Under the pieces are notes generated by a model that was not told the origin of the DNA, ran no database searches, and worked only from the letters and a program-made list of their open reading frames with translations. From NCBI GenBank assembly GCA_000002445.1, contig CH464491.1:2336001-2400000 (forward strand): 64,000 nucleotides of DNA. Direction: 5' to 3'. Position numbers and translations under genes: made by a program. Source of the DNA: Trypanosoma brucei. Taxonomy: Eukaryota. Below, piece after piece: positions 41,566 to 50,680 of this stretch (its first letter is position 1; each line of letters starts with the position of its first letter).

Positions 41566-41643
41566 CGTGATGGGACTGAACTCACTCGCTATCGTCTTTA
41601 TGGGTGCCGGTGGGTGTGAGTCGGGGTGCCTTCTTGCGCGGGA

Positions 41644-42828
41644 CTAGTACAGTTTAATGAACCTCTCAGCTTGACGGTAGTCCGTGATGGCCGCGTTATC
41701 AACAAGTACAGCCTGTGTGGTTAGTGGTCGTGGCGCATATACCTTCTTGACAATGTGCCAACTGCAGCGGTCTGACACCGCAAGTCTGGAGCATAGCGTG
41801 CTCCATCTCTTCTTTGTGGTATGGTCCAGGATCTGCTTACGCGTGGCTACCAACTTTTCCCTTCGGTGGGAGGGTCCGCATCCAGCGATCTCTTCATCGA
41901 GTTTCGCGAGCTCAGGTGTCCAATGTGGTGGCGTTGCTCTGCAGCCACGGGGGACGGAGACCTTCGTCGCAATGCGGATGGCGGAGCTCAATTTCTGTTC
42001 CATGGTGTTGACGTTCTTCTCTCTAACAATTTTCCTGCAGAGCTCGTCAACCTTGAGACGGAAATTCCTCCAGTCAGCTTTTAGCCATGCGTACATGGGC
42101 TTTCGAAGCCGCGGGCAACTCAGTGCATCTGTGCCGTCTCCAACGATAACGTCGAAAAATATGTGATGGTGATCGCTATCGGGAGAATACAGCGATGTCC
42201 ACGTGTACACTGTGCAATTCCTTGACAGTGTCACATCAGGGGTGGACTCCCCGTGGTGGCGCGCGTACCTGGTGCACTCACCAGTGTTGCAGACCAGAAA
42301 CTGGTTGTCAATGCACCACTGTGTGAGGGTTTCACCCTTGGTATTTGGTGGGCTCGCGCGATCCCATGCCAACGCGTGTGCGTTAGCGTCTGCACCGATG
42401 AGCTGGGCACCGTCAGTCATCAGAAGCGTATCTAGGTCAGTTGCCGTGAAGGTGTGTTTTGGTGGGATGTATGCCGACGTGACAGTCAGCGCTGTTCCAC
42501 GTGCAAGGTGAATTGTTGCATGCACTTGTTCAATGCGACCAACAACGGTCATACCGGTCTCGACTGGCAGGTCCTCCCTCACTAGTATTGATACACCACC
42601 TCCTTTGCAGTTACGAGCTATTCCGTGATGTTGGTAGCCAGCAACGCTAAAGCAAGCCGCCTCTCCAGGCGTCATCCTTGTCTCGCTCAACAGACAAAAG
42701 GCGATCCGCTCATCAACAAGGGTTTTGTGGAGTGCTAATCTCTTTCCTTGAGATAGCCCGGCGCAGTTCCACTGCATCCCGCGCAACGACGGGCCGGGAT
42801 TCTCTTCCACATCACCGGACAGCAGCAT
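41644..42828 (-). pseudogene. Retroelement ORF, N-terminal part: 2A self-cleaving peptide (DVEENPGP) followed by an apurinic/apyrimidinic-type endonuclease domain; ends at an in-frame TAG
   Basis: MLLSGDVEENPGP matches the D(V/I)ExNPGP 2A consensus. The following sequence MQWNCAGLSQGKR...LLSETRM is typical of the N-terminus of LINE endonucleases. The stop TAG at 41646-41644 is in the same reading frame as the downstream RT ORF (42828-41565 = 1263 = 3 x 421). Confidence 0.8.
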
Positions 42829-44321
42829 CTTAGTGCGGGTGATACTGCTGATGGCACGCTAGCCACGTGCCCAGGGACCGACAAATGAAAAACGGTGTCA
42901 CAGCAAGACGCTGCTGATCCCTGTGCTGTATGATGCCGTAGCCGGAGCACAGCAGTGTTCCCCATGAAAGGAACGCTGCTGGCTCTTGGCTTCCCCCGAT
43001 GATACGGGGTACTGGACCCTGACACCACGTTGATGTGGCCGGCATCGCCAGGGTTCAAAACATTTTTTCCCAACCTAATGAAGGCTAGTCTTTTCGCTAG
43101 GCTCCTGCGTTGATTTGCCTTACTTTCACGGACTCTCTGTTCCGGCACCCATTGTTGTGGCAGCATGTCGCCCCTATTAGGGATTGTATTTGATGTCAAC
43201 GGGCGAACAACAGATGTAATGCCCTCGTTGGAGTCTTCAAGTGCCGTCCACTCCACCTTTCCCCTATTTACGGGGCTTAATTGCGCGTTCCTTTCAGTAA
43301 TTTGGGCCAACCAGCCCCCTTTTCTGAGGAAGTAAAAGGTTGTGGAGTTTTGAAGTACATTATCCTTTTCATATCGCGCCCCACTGCTACATTGGAGGTG
43401 ATCCAACTGTGGTAGCTGTTACGGTTCCGCACCACATTCTGAACGATCACCTCACAACGCCAGAAATAGGTAACGTTTGTGTGAAACAGCCTGTCTCCCA
43501 GTGTTGTGTGTCACATTAGGTCTTCACTGCCGGTGACCATTAAACTCTTCTCCAGTTGCCAAATTTAATATCAGCTTCTCTCACTCTCTTCCTTTGGGGC
43601 GCGCGAGTTCCGGCAGCAGGGCGACAATTCGAATCCGCTCAAAATAGCCGTGGACCTTTATTTCTCCCAGTAACTCCGACCTTCCCGTGCTCACGTTAGA
43701 GTTGTCGGGGAAAGGGAAATATGTCACAGCATGCTGTTCACTACTTTCAGGCACCATTGCAACAGTGACGCTTCCCAAATCTGTGTTTGTTCTCAGACTC
43801 GTAGCTACACCACTCCAAAACGAACGTGTGTTGACGCCCTGGTGCTTTTCTCTCTAAAATGGGCAAGCCCCGTGTGTTTGCAACCATAGGAGGTGAATGG
43901 CGCGGTTCCCATAATCTTTGCGATCACCTCCTGCGTGACGGAAAGGTCCAGCGCGCCCTCGCAGAGCATTGCCGGGAGGGTCACACGTTTCCGCCTGAGA
44001 GGTGTCCCTCCGTTTCGTTAAGCTCCGATGATGGGAGCGGGAACTGGGTTCTGCTTGGTATCCCCGCTGAGGGACAAGATAACCCCGTCAACAGAGCATA
44101 AAAGTGTGCACTTTCGCCGGCATTAGGCAGTGCTTAAAGTGGGCACCTTCCCGTGGTGCTCGACTGTTGCCGCACCTAGTTGCTCTGGTTGGCTGATGTC
44201 AGGTGCCACCGCTGTGCCAATGCTCGAAGGGGGGCCTTGTTCCTTACCTTGGAGGCCGACAGCCCCTGATACCACGATGGGACGACCGGTGTTCCCACGG
44301 TTGGTGTTGATGTTCTGCGTA

Positions 44322-44565
44322 CCCTAGCAATGCCGGCCACATCAACGTGGTGTCAGAGTCCGGTACCCCGTATCATCGGGGGAAGCCAAGAGCCAGCAGC
44401 GTTCCTTTCATGGGGAACACTGCTGTGCTCCGGCTACGGCATCAAAAAGCACAGGGATCAGCAGCGTCTTGCTGTGACACCGTTTTTCATTTGTCGGTCC
44501 CTGGGCACGTGGCAGCGTGCCATCAGCAGTATCACCCGCACTAAGATGCTGCTGTCCGGTGATGA
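44322..44565 (+). mobile_element. Truncated RIME/ingi 5'-end fragment (~245 bp) in the opposite orientation to the ingi copy (head-to-head)
   Basis: It begins with the same retroposon signature in + orientation (ccctagcaatgccggccacatcaacgtggtgtcagagtccggtaccccgtatcatcgggggaagccaagagccagcagcg). It is colinear with the ingi 5' UTR through the ATG (MLLSGD). Homology stops after ~245 bp. The next ~250 bp do not match this ingi's 3' end, so it is not a canonical complete RIME. Confidence 0.7.
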
Positions 44566-46526
44566 TGTTTCGAATGATGTATTTTTAGGGTGTCGAGGGG
44601 GAATGCTGCCAAATCATCCGTCACTGAAGGGCGAAACTGGATTTGACCGAGGGTGAGTCCACCGCCTGCTCGTCATCTATCATTGCTCAGGCAAGAAGTG
44701 AGTGCACGGTGACGAAAAAATGATAGACACAAGTTGTTTGTAGATACGTATACGTAGCATTCTACAAAGAATCCAACAATTCCACCAACGAATGTTGCCA
44801 TCACTGAATACTGTCCGTTTAAGCCCATTTTCAACGCGGTTACAATAAAGAGTCCCTCGGAGAGGCTTTTGTTGTACTAGAGAAAGGGGGGAGAACGAAA
44901 TTTAATTCGTGTAGTTGCAGCAGTGGCGGAGGTTGGTAAGGGTTTCTCGTCTCGATTTTGAACCGCTGCTGCCGTAAGTAGGGATTTCCTGACTAGCGGC
45001 AATCAGGATAGTCATTCCGGTCTTCTGGTGGAAAAACTTTATTAAGGATTATGGCGCTTTTTGCTCTTCAGGGTGCCGTCTGCTCTAAGAGCCACAAGGA
45101 AGAGGGAGAAAACGCGTGGCGGAGGAAGAGGCACGGGGTTTACGAGGCTTTGGGGAGACTTCGACCCCTAGTGAGCGGCAACGCGGTACACCCTTGGCCC
45201 TCCCCGTCCTACGTCCATCACCCACAGTGACCCGGCTCCTAGGGCGTGTCACCGCTGCCTGATAGCTCGAGTAGTGGCTGCTAAACGCTTGCGGTGCCGG
45301 GAAGTGCGGTCTTTGATGTGACGCCTGCCGGAGGCAGGGCTTTTTACACAGCTTGCCTAACGAAGGTCGTGATTTGGTGGTCGCTGTAAATCGTCGATTG
45401 ACGTGGTCGTTTTGTGGCAATTCAGTCTGCCGGGGGCGGTTGGTGCTACCGCCGCAGATGTAGGAGGTGCCCTACCTGGTGCTCTCGGTAGTGCCTTCGC
45501 TTCTCCTCAGTCGTTTTTTTTTGGACTGTGGTCCGACGGAGGAGAGATATGGGGCTCGTATGTGCCAAACCAAGGGTGGGGATTGGATCCAAACCGACTG
45601 CCAGCGCTTCACTCACGGGGAGTTGGTTGGGCTCTCCGGGGTGGTCCCGCACCACCCACATGGGAAATGAGACGAGGGAGATATGACAGCAACTTGCTCA
45701 CCTGGCGTTCACGGCGCGGTGCCCGCTGCGATCTACGTTCTTTTATTTTTTGTTGGGGAGGAGTTCAGTGTCTCGTTCCTTTCCTCAGCTGCTATGGCAA
45801 AAATTGTGGTTCGTGTGTGGAGTACCAAGGGTGCCGCAAACAACAAGCAACTGCGCTCCCGTAGCAACTGTCCGTGATTTTTGTCTTCCATCAGGGGATG
45901 TTGTGGAGTTCTCTAATACCGCGTTGTTCTGGCACAGCTTACCCGCTTGTCTTTGGCTATGTCCGGCACCACCGAGTTTCTGCTGCTTCCACTCATATCT
46001 AATACTAGTTTTGTATATTTGTTATAGAGAGGGGGGGGGCGCCGTGATGTTAAGGCATGGCATCTGCCCTCGGTTTTACGGGCCTTCATCCAAAATTTGC
46101 GCCGTTATTTCATCTGCTTTCTGAGCTAACCCGACCTAAGTGTCATTTCTATGTCTTATGAAGGTGGGTAAGCCGCGTATACACTAAACTTCTGTGGTCT
46201 GTGGAGCGCCACGTTCGTGGCGTTATATGATAAAGGCGTGGTTAAAGAATCTAAAGTTGTCAGTGCATCCCGTTGTTGGTCTGTTCTGTGCAAGTCGTGG
46301 TGAATACGATTAATTTCTGTCTGTGAAGGGTTCATTATATTTGTGCCGCTTTGATGGTTACTTTATCCTTTATGGTATTTGCATTCTGATGATAAACCCT
46401 ATTTTGTTGTTGGGAGGAATCATTAGCTTTGTGTAACGCTAAATCTGTTAGCATATAAACGATTTTTCGTTGTCTGCGGCAGATAAGGCCTCACACAAAG
46501 AAAGTGTGCAAGGTTAGTGAAATTCA

Positions 46527-47573
46527 ATGGCCTTTTCTGCACTAGCCGCTGTTTTTTTCACCGGTTTCTGTGTTCTGTTCGCCACTATATTAGCTTTTTC
46601 TCCGCGACAGACCCATGATAGGAAGAAGGTGCTGGCGCGGTTGAGAGCTAAATTCCCCTACTCTGTCAGTAAGATCGCTCACAGAGGGGGGAGTATATTG
46701 GGACCGGAAAATACTTTGTATGCTTTCCACAGGGCAGTGAAGGAGGGCGCGGCGGACATGCTGGAGTTAGATGTTCGCGAAACCATGGACTATCGTATTG
46801 TGGTTTGCCATGACGAGTGGCTGGAAAGACTTTGTGGGAGTGCGTACAAGCACGTGACTGTAAAAGACATCACGGTTGGCGACGATCCCAACACCAATCT
46901 CCCCCAACTGCAAAGGAATATACCTCTCCATTTTGTGTCTAGTGAGAAAACCATGTACTGTGCCACAGATTCCGTACCAGTGGACGGCACCACTCGCTTG
47001 TGCTTGCTGGAAGAAGTATTCGAAGCATTTCCTACTATCCCAATTCACATTGATATTAAATATGCGAGTTCAGATTTCACTGATCGGATATTCGATTTGA
47101 TTAAGAAATATGGACGCGAACCGGTTACATTCGTTGGCAGTAGCAACTGGAGGAATGAAATATATATTACAAGGCATATGAAAAGACTTTCTTCACAGAA
47201 GGACAAGTGTAAATTTCACACCTTCGCCGGTCCCATAGACTACGTGCTTGTGCACGTTGCTCACTATATTGGCGTGCTGCCGCTGATCCCCTTGAACTTT
47301 GATATTTTTTCTGTTCCCTTATTTACGAAACGAAAGAAACAAGAAATTCCATTTTTCTTGCGGCCGATAGCACAGCTTTTAAATTCCCCGTCCCTGTGGA
47401 TGCACTTGCAGCAGCGGGGTATTCTTGTTGTCGGTTGGGTGCTAAACGACGTCGATGAGTTCGAGGAGGCTTCTAGATGGCCAATAAATGGTGTAATGAC
47501 CGATGATCCAATATCATTCAACGGTTTCCTAATATCACACGACGTTTCTAATACGATGAATTTGCTGAACTGA
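46527..47573 (+). CDS. Glycerophosphodiester phosphodiesterase (GDPD/GP-PDE family)
   Basis: N-terminal transmembrane/signal segment. The GDPD signature is HRGGSILGPENTLYAFHRAVKEGAADMLELDVRETMDYRIVVCHDEWLERL, with the two catalytic His (HRG, CHD) and metal-binding E/D. Later IHIDIK and VVGWVLND (compare W.VN) are typical of the family's C-terminal TIM-barrel strands. Confidence 0.8.
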   Translation: MAFSALAAVFFTGFCVLFATILAFSPRQTHDRKKVLARLRAKFPYSVSKIAHRGGSILGPENTLYAFHRAVKEGAADMLELDVRETMDYRIVVCHDEWLERLCGSAYKHVTVKDITVGDDPNTNLPQLQRNIPLHFVSSEKTMYCATDSVPVDGTTRLCLLEEVFEAFPTIPIHIDIKYASSDFTDRIFDLIKKYGREPVTFVGSSNWRNEIYITRHMKRLSSQKDKCKFHTFAGPIDYVLVHVAHYIGVLPLIPLNFDIFSVPLFTKRKKQEIPFFLRPIAQLLNSPSLWMHLQQRGILVVGWVLNDVDEFEEASRWPINGVMTDDPISFNGFLISHDVSNTMNLLN

Positions 47574-47850
47574 AATAATGCGGAAGATGCTGTCTTTCCC
47601 TCCACCACTTAACGTGTCGTTCTGTGGGAGCACGGTTTTTTACAATTATGCCGTCTTGGAACATCATTAATTGAAGGGAAAGTACTTTCCCCTCCCGTTT
47701 TAACTTGGGAAACTATATATCTTCGTTAACAGTCAGTCTTTATATATTATTTTTCACTGAATATACTATACCACCGATTCACATTTTTTTTCCATAAAGA
47801 AGGTGTGTTACAACCGTCGTTGGATCTTTTGGAGGGTGTCAGCTAGGGTC

Positions 47851-48270
47851 ATGCGGGCACTATACCAGTTCGTTGCGGGTGCCCTTTTTTCCGCCTCTTT
47901 GTTTGTCTTTGCAGACGGACTGATAGTGGCGACGCAAAATGCTCTTCCGTATAATTTTTTGATGTGGCTGCCATCGTTGTTGATGTTTTGCGGGATGTTC
48001 GTTCTTTGCTATGTCGATGCCGGAGCAATTAGCAATCGATATGATCTAATGGGTGATGGCGATTCATCACGTGACCGTGTCTTCTTCTTTGCGTCGGTCC
48101 TGTTTATGGTTAGCGGATTTGCCGTTTCTCTTTGGAAGGCAATTGATCCCTACACCAATGCTGGTGTTCCGTGGCCCGGTGCCTCTCTCGTTATTCAAAG
48201 CGCATTACTTATTGCTTCCTTTGCGCTGTTGTTTTGGCAGAAAACACAAGATAGCAATTCATTCTTGTGA
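47851..48270 (+). CDS. Small 4-pass membrane protein, possibly TMEM50 / UPF0220 family
   Basis: 139 aa from the first ATG (track start GTG 47803). Four hydrophobic helices, with helix 1 reading FVAGALFSASLFVFADGLIVA; family assignment is by architecture. Confidence 0.4.
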   Translation: MRALYQFVAGALFSASLFVFADGLIVATQNALPYNFLMWLPSLLMFCGMFVLCYVDAGAISNRYDLMGDGDSSRDRVFFFASVLFMVSGFAVSLWKAIDPYTNAGVPWPGASLVIQSALLIASFALLFWQKTQDSNSFL

Positions 48271-48503
48271 GTGAATTTCGAAGCAATACTTGTCGTCATA
48301 TTTGTTTCAATTTCCCCCATCCACCTCATTTTCCTTGTGTTTTGTGTCAGCGCGACTTGCGGGCATGCCGTGTGGCTCGTTTTGCGGACGTTAGGACACC
48401 TTTGTCTTATGTTATGCGTTGACTGTTGCGGTCTTGACTATTATTTTATTGCTGTTTTTTTATGTGTAATATGGATTACAAGCAACGCCATAGTTACTAG
48501 CGG

Positions 48504-50402
48504 ATGTCTGGACCGGTTTCCCAGCTCAGTAATGAGCGTTTGAGGGAGTTACGTGCTGCCGTCCATTCGTTTCTTCAGGATTCTAGCGTCTACTCCAGTA
48601 TTCGTGACATTATAGATACCTATGTCACTGAAAATCCCGAGGGTTCGGTGACAGCATCATCTTCGGCTGACGTGATGAAAATTATACGTGAAAGAGGTCT
48701 AGTGCAGGAACTACTGAACAAGCTGCAGGATGAGAAGCGTGCGGACGCCAAGAACACAATAACTCCTTGTCATTTATGGAAGCTTCTTCCTGGTGAATAT
48801 TATTTGCATGTCCGGCTTGCAGGGGGTAAGGCATTTGTGGACAACCTTGACATAGCTCCCAGTGTAGCCCAAGACTATCATATGTACGTGGCCTTGCAAT
48901 TTGGACCCCATCGCTATCGATCCGTTTCTCAAGATGTTTCTGTGGATCCGCCCTTTCGTGATGAGTTTCTGATTCATCTTGACTACAAAGCATTTGGTAC
49001 ATCAGCCCTCGACTTGATTGAAATTTCCACCCCTTTCAATTTGGCTGTCATACGGGAGGACCGTTTTTTATCAACAGCGACAATGGTTGGTGAGAACGTT
49101 GTTGACTGGAGGAAAGTTTTACGAACTGGCTATCTTGGGTTAACCGTAGAATTGTGTGGTGAAAATCCAGGAATCCCCGCGGGTATTATAGAACTACAAA
49201 TAGAAATACTTCCCAATAAAGCGCCTCGTTTTACCGATGAAGAAATTGTCAGGAGAATTGAGTTGCAAAGGTCAGGAATAACATCAGCCGATCGCGAATT
49301 TCTTCTTTACGCACGACGTTGGTGGAAAGAATTCCAAGACATTCGACCGGGTCACAAACAGAGGAGAGTGAAAGTGTTTGCTTCTACTCCAAGTGGGAGA
49401 ATGGTTCCCACGGCCCACTTCGTCTCCGTTATTCGCTCCGAAAGGGGGATTGAAACCCCTTTCGACGCAGCAAGGTTTGTTTCGCTGTTTGCAGTGACAA
49501 CAGAAGAGCATCTTACTCAGGAAGTCCTTAGTGGTTCTGGGGGTAACAGCTCTGGGGCGACGTGGGTTTCCTTGCTTACTTTCCTCTCCCAGAGGCGTGG
49601 TGATGTCTGCAATCATTCTACACTCCTTTGTTCGCTTCTGTTGGGGTTCGGTCTCGACGCGTACTGTGCCGTGGGAAGCGATAGAAAGGGGAAGACGACA
49701 ATGTTTGTCGTGACGCGCAGGAGGGTTGTGGCCGGCACCTTTGAAGTCACTCTGTGGGAGCCCACCTCCGGGAGTCGCTTTTTACTAACAGAGCCTCACC
49801 CGTTTGAAACCATCGGCTGTATGTTTACTCACCGATCGTTTTATGCAAACATTCAGCAGTCCGATTTTGTAGTAACTACTTCATTCGATGTCGACAACGA
49901 GGAACTGTGGAAGCCCATGAATCCTCTGAAACTTCGCATGGTTCCCAAGTCACCCAACCCATCGCTCTTATGGGTTTCTCGTGATGTCAAAAAGCTAGAA
50001 AATGAGCTACAGGGATCACTCGTGCGGGAAATAACGAATTACCGTGATGCACGCGGAATCGTTTCGAACATCGATGAGCGACTTTCGTACGTTCTTTCCC
50101 AGGCTCTTTGTGCCTACGAAAACCACCGAAGGAGGGGCACACCAGAGGATTTGTCACTCTTCGAGTCTTGCGTGAAGGGAACCATTGGTGATGGCAAAAC
50201 CTTCAGAGGCGTTCCAGTTAACGTTACGCATTTGAACTCTCACAAGATACTTGCTGCATTCGGGGAGAGTACCTCGGGAAGAGAGATATTAGAGTTGAGT
50301 GCAGATGGCCTAACGCTTGGTATCCAAGTTAAGGTTTTCCCCTTCCCTGAAGAGGTGCTCTCAGTTTGGGTAATGCTGGCGGCAGCCTACAGGTCTCCAT
50401 GA
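48504..50402 (+). CDS. CEP76-like protein (centriolar/centrosomal protein with C2-like and transglutaminase-like regions)
   Basis: Several blocks match CEP76 as I recall it: VRLAGGKAFVDNL; LYARRWWKEFQDIRPGHKQRRVKVFASTPSG; CNHSTLLCSLLLGFGLDAYCAVG (transglutaminase-like Cys); ETIGCMFTHRSFYANIQQSD; DNEELWKPM; the C-terminal VWVMLAAAYRSP. This is from memory and is not database-verified. Confidence 0.55.
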   Translation: MSGPVSQLSNERLRELRAAVHSFLQDSSVYSSIRDIIDTYVTENPEGSVTASSSADVMKIIRERGLVQELLNKLQDEKRADAKNTITPCHLWKLLPGEYYLHVRLAGGKAFVDNLDIAPSVAQDYHMYVALQFGPHRYRSVSQDVSVDPPFRDEFLIHLDYKAFGTSALDLIEISTPFNLAVIREDRFLSTATMVGENVVDWRKVLRTGYLGLTVELCGENPGIPAGIIELQIEILPNKAPRFTDEEIVRRIELQRSGITSADREFLLYARRWWKEFQDIRPGHKQRRVKVFASTPSGRMVPTAHFVSVIRSERGIETPFDAARFVSLFAVTTEEHLTQEVLSGSGGNSSGATWVSLLTFLSQRRGDVCNHSTLLCSLLLGFGLDAYCAVGSDRKGKTTMFVVTRRRVVAGTFEVTLWEPTSGSRFLLTEPHPFETIGCMFTHRSFYANIQQSDFVVTTSFDVDNEELWKPMNPLKLRMVPKSPNPSLLWVSRDVKKLENELQGSLVREITNYRDARGIVSNIDERLSYVLSQALCAYENHRRRGTPEDLSLFESCVKGTIGDGKTFRGVPVNVTHLNSHKILAAFGESTSGREILELSADGLTLGIQVKVFPFPEEVLSVWVMLAAAYRSP

Positions 50403-50680
50403 GCCCCAAAGGTAATCCCTAGTAGGATTTTGTGAGTGCTTTCCACTAAACGGTGATGGATGGATTCCCTTTGACTGACTTAGACCCACTGCACACCACG
50501 TTCAACCGTGTGCCTGAGGATGTGTTGGGGGTGGATTGCGCCAGTTACCAGTGGTTCCATTGTTGCTCATTCATTTAGTGAATCGTCTTGATTCATCAGA
50601 TGTATCGTTTTTAGCCCTGTTTATACACTTTATTTTTAACTTTCTTTTAGTTTTCTCTAGCTAGCATACGGCACATAAGC

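Larger units (their letters stand above)
39115..43053 (-). mobile_element. ingi / L1Tc-clade non-LTR (LINE) retrotransposon inserted antisense to the surrounding + strand genes; internally incomplete because of an assembly gap
   Basis: The element's 5' end on the minus strand carries the trypanosomatid retroposon signature, seen as the reverse complement of 42975-43053 (cccTGGCGATGCCGGCCACATCAACGTGGTGTCAGGGTCCAGTACCCCGTATCATCGGGGGAAGCCAAGAGCCAGCAGCG). The ORF encodes a 2A peptide, an APE-type endonuclease, a reverse transcriptase and C2H2 fingers. The element's 3' end is marked by T10 on the + strand at 39115-39124, which is a poly(A) tail on the minus strand. Confidence 0.85.

Noticed and set aside
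42735-43406. 223-aa minus-strand ORF overlapping the retroelement 5' end
   Set aside because: It runs from outside the element (beyond the 5' signature at 43053) across the 5' UTR in a different frame from the 2A-endonuclease ORF. It is an accidental open frame.
42830-44656. Short ORFs MPATSTWCQGPVPRIIGGSQEP... (42830-43045 minus; 44330-44656 plus) as a duplicated small gene
   Set aside because: Both are translations of the conserved retroposon 5' UTR signature in its two inverted copies. The duplication is real but non-coding.
44566-44900. Second half of a canonical RIME (ingi 3' 250 bp) following the 5' fragment
   Set aside because: The reverse complement of this ingi's 3' end (39115-39384) does not match 44566-44900 by eye, so I did not annotate a complete RIME.
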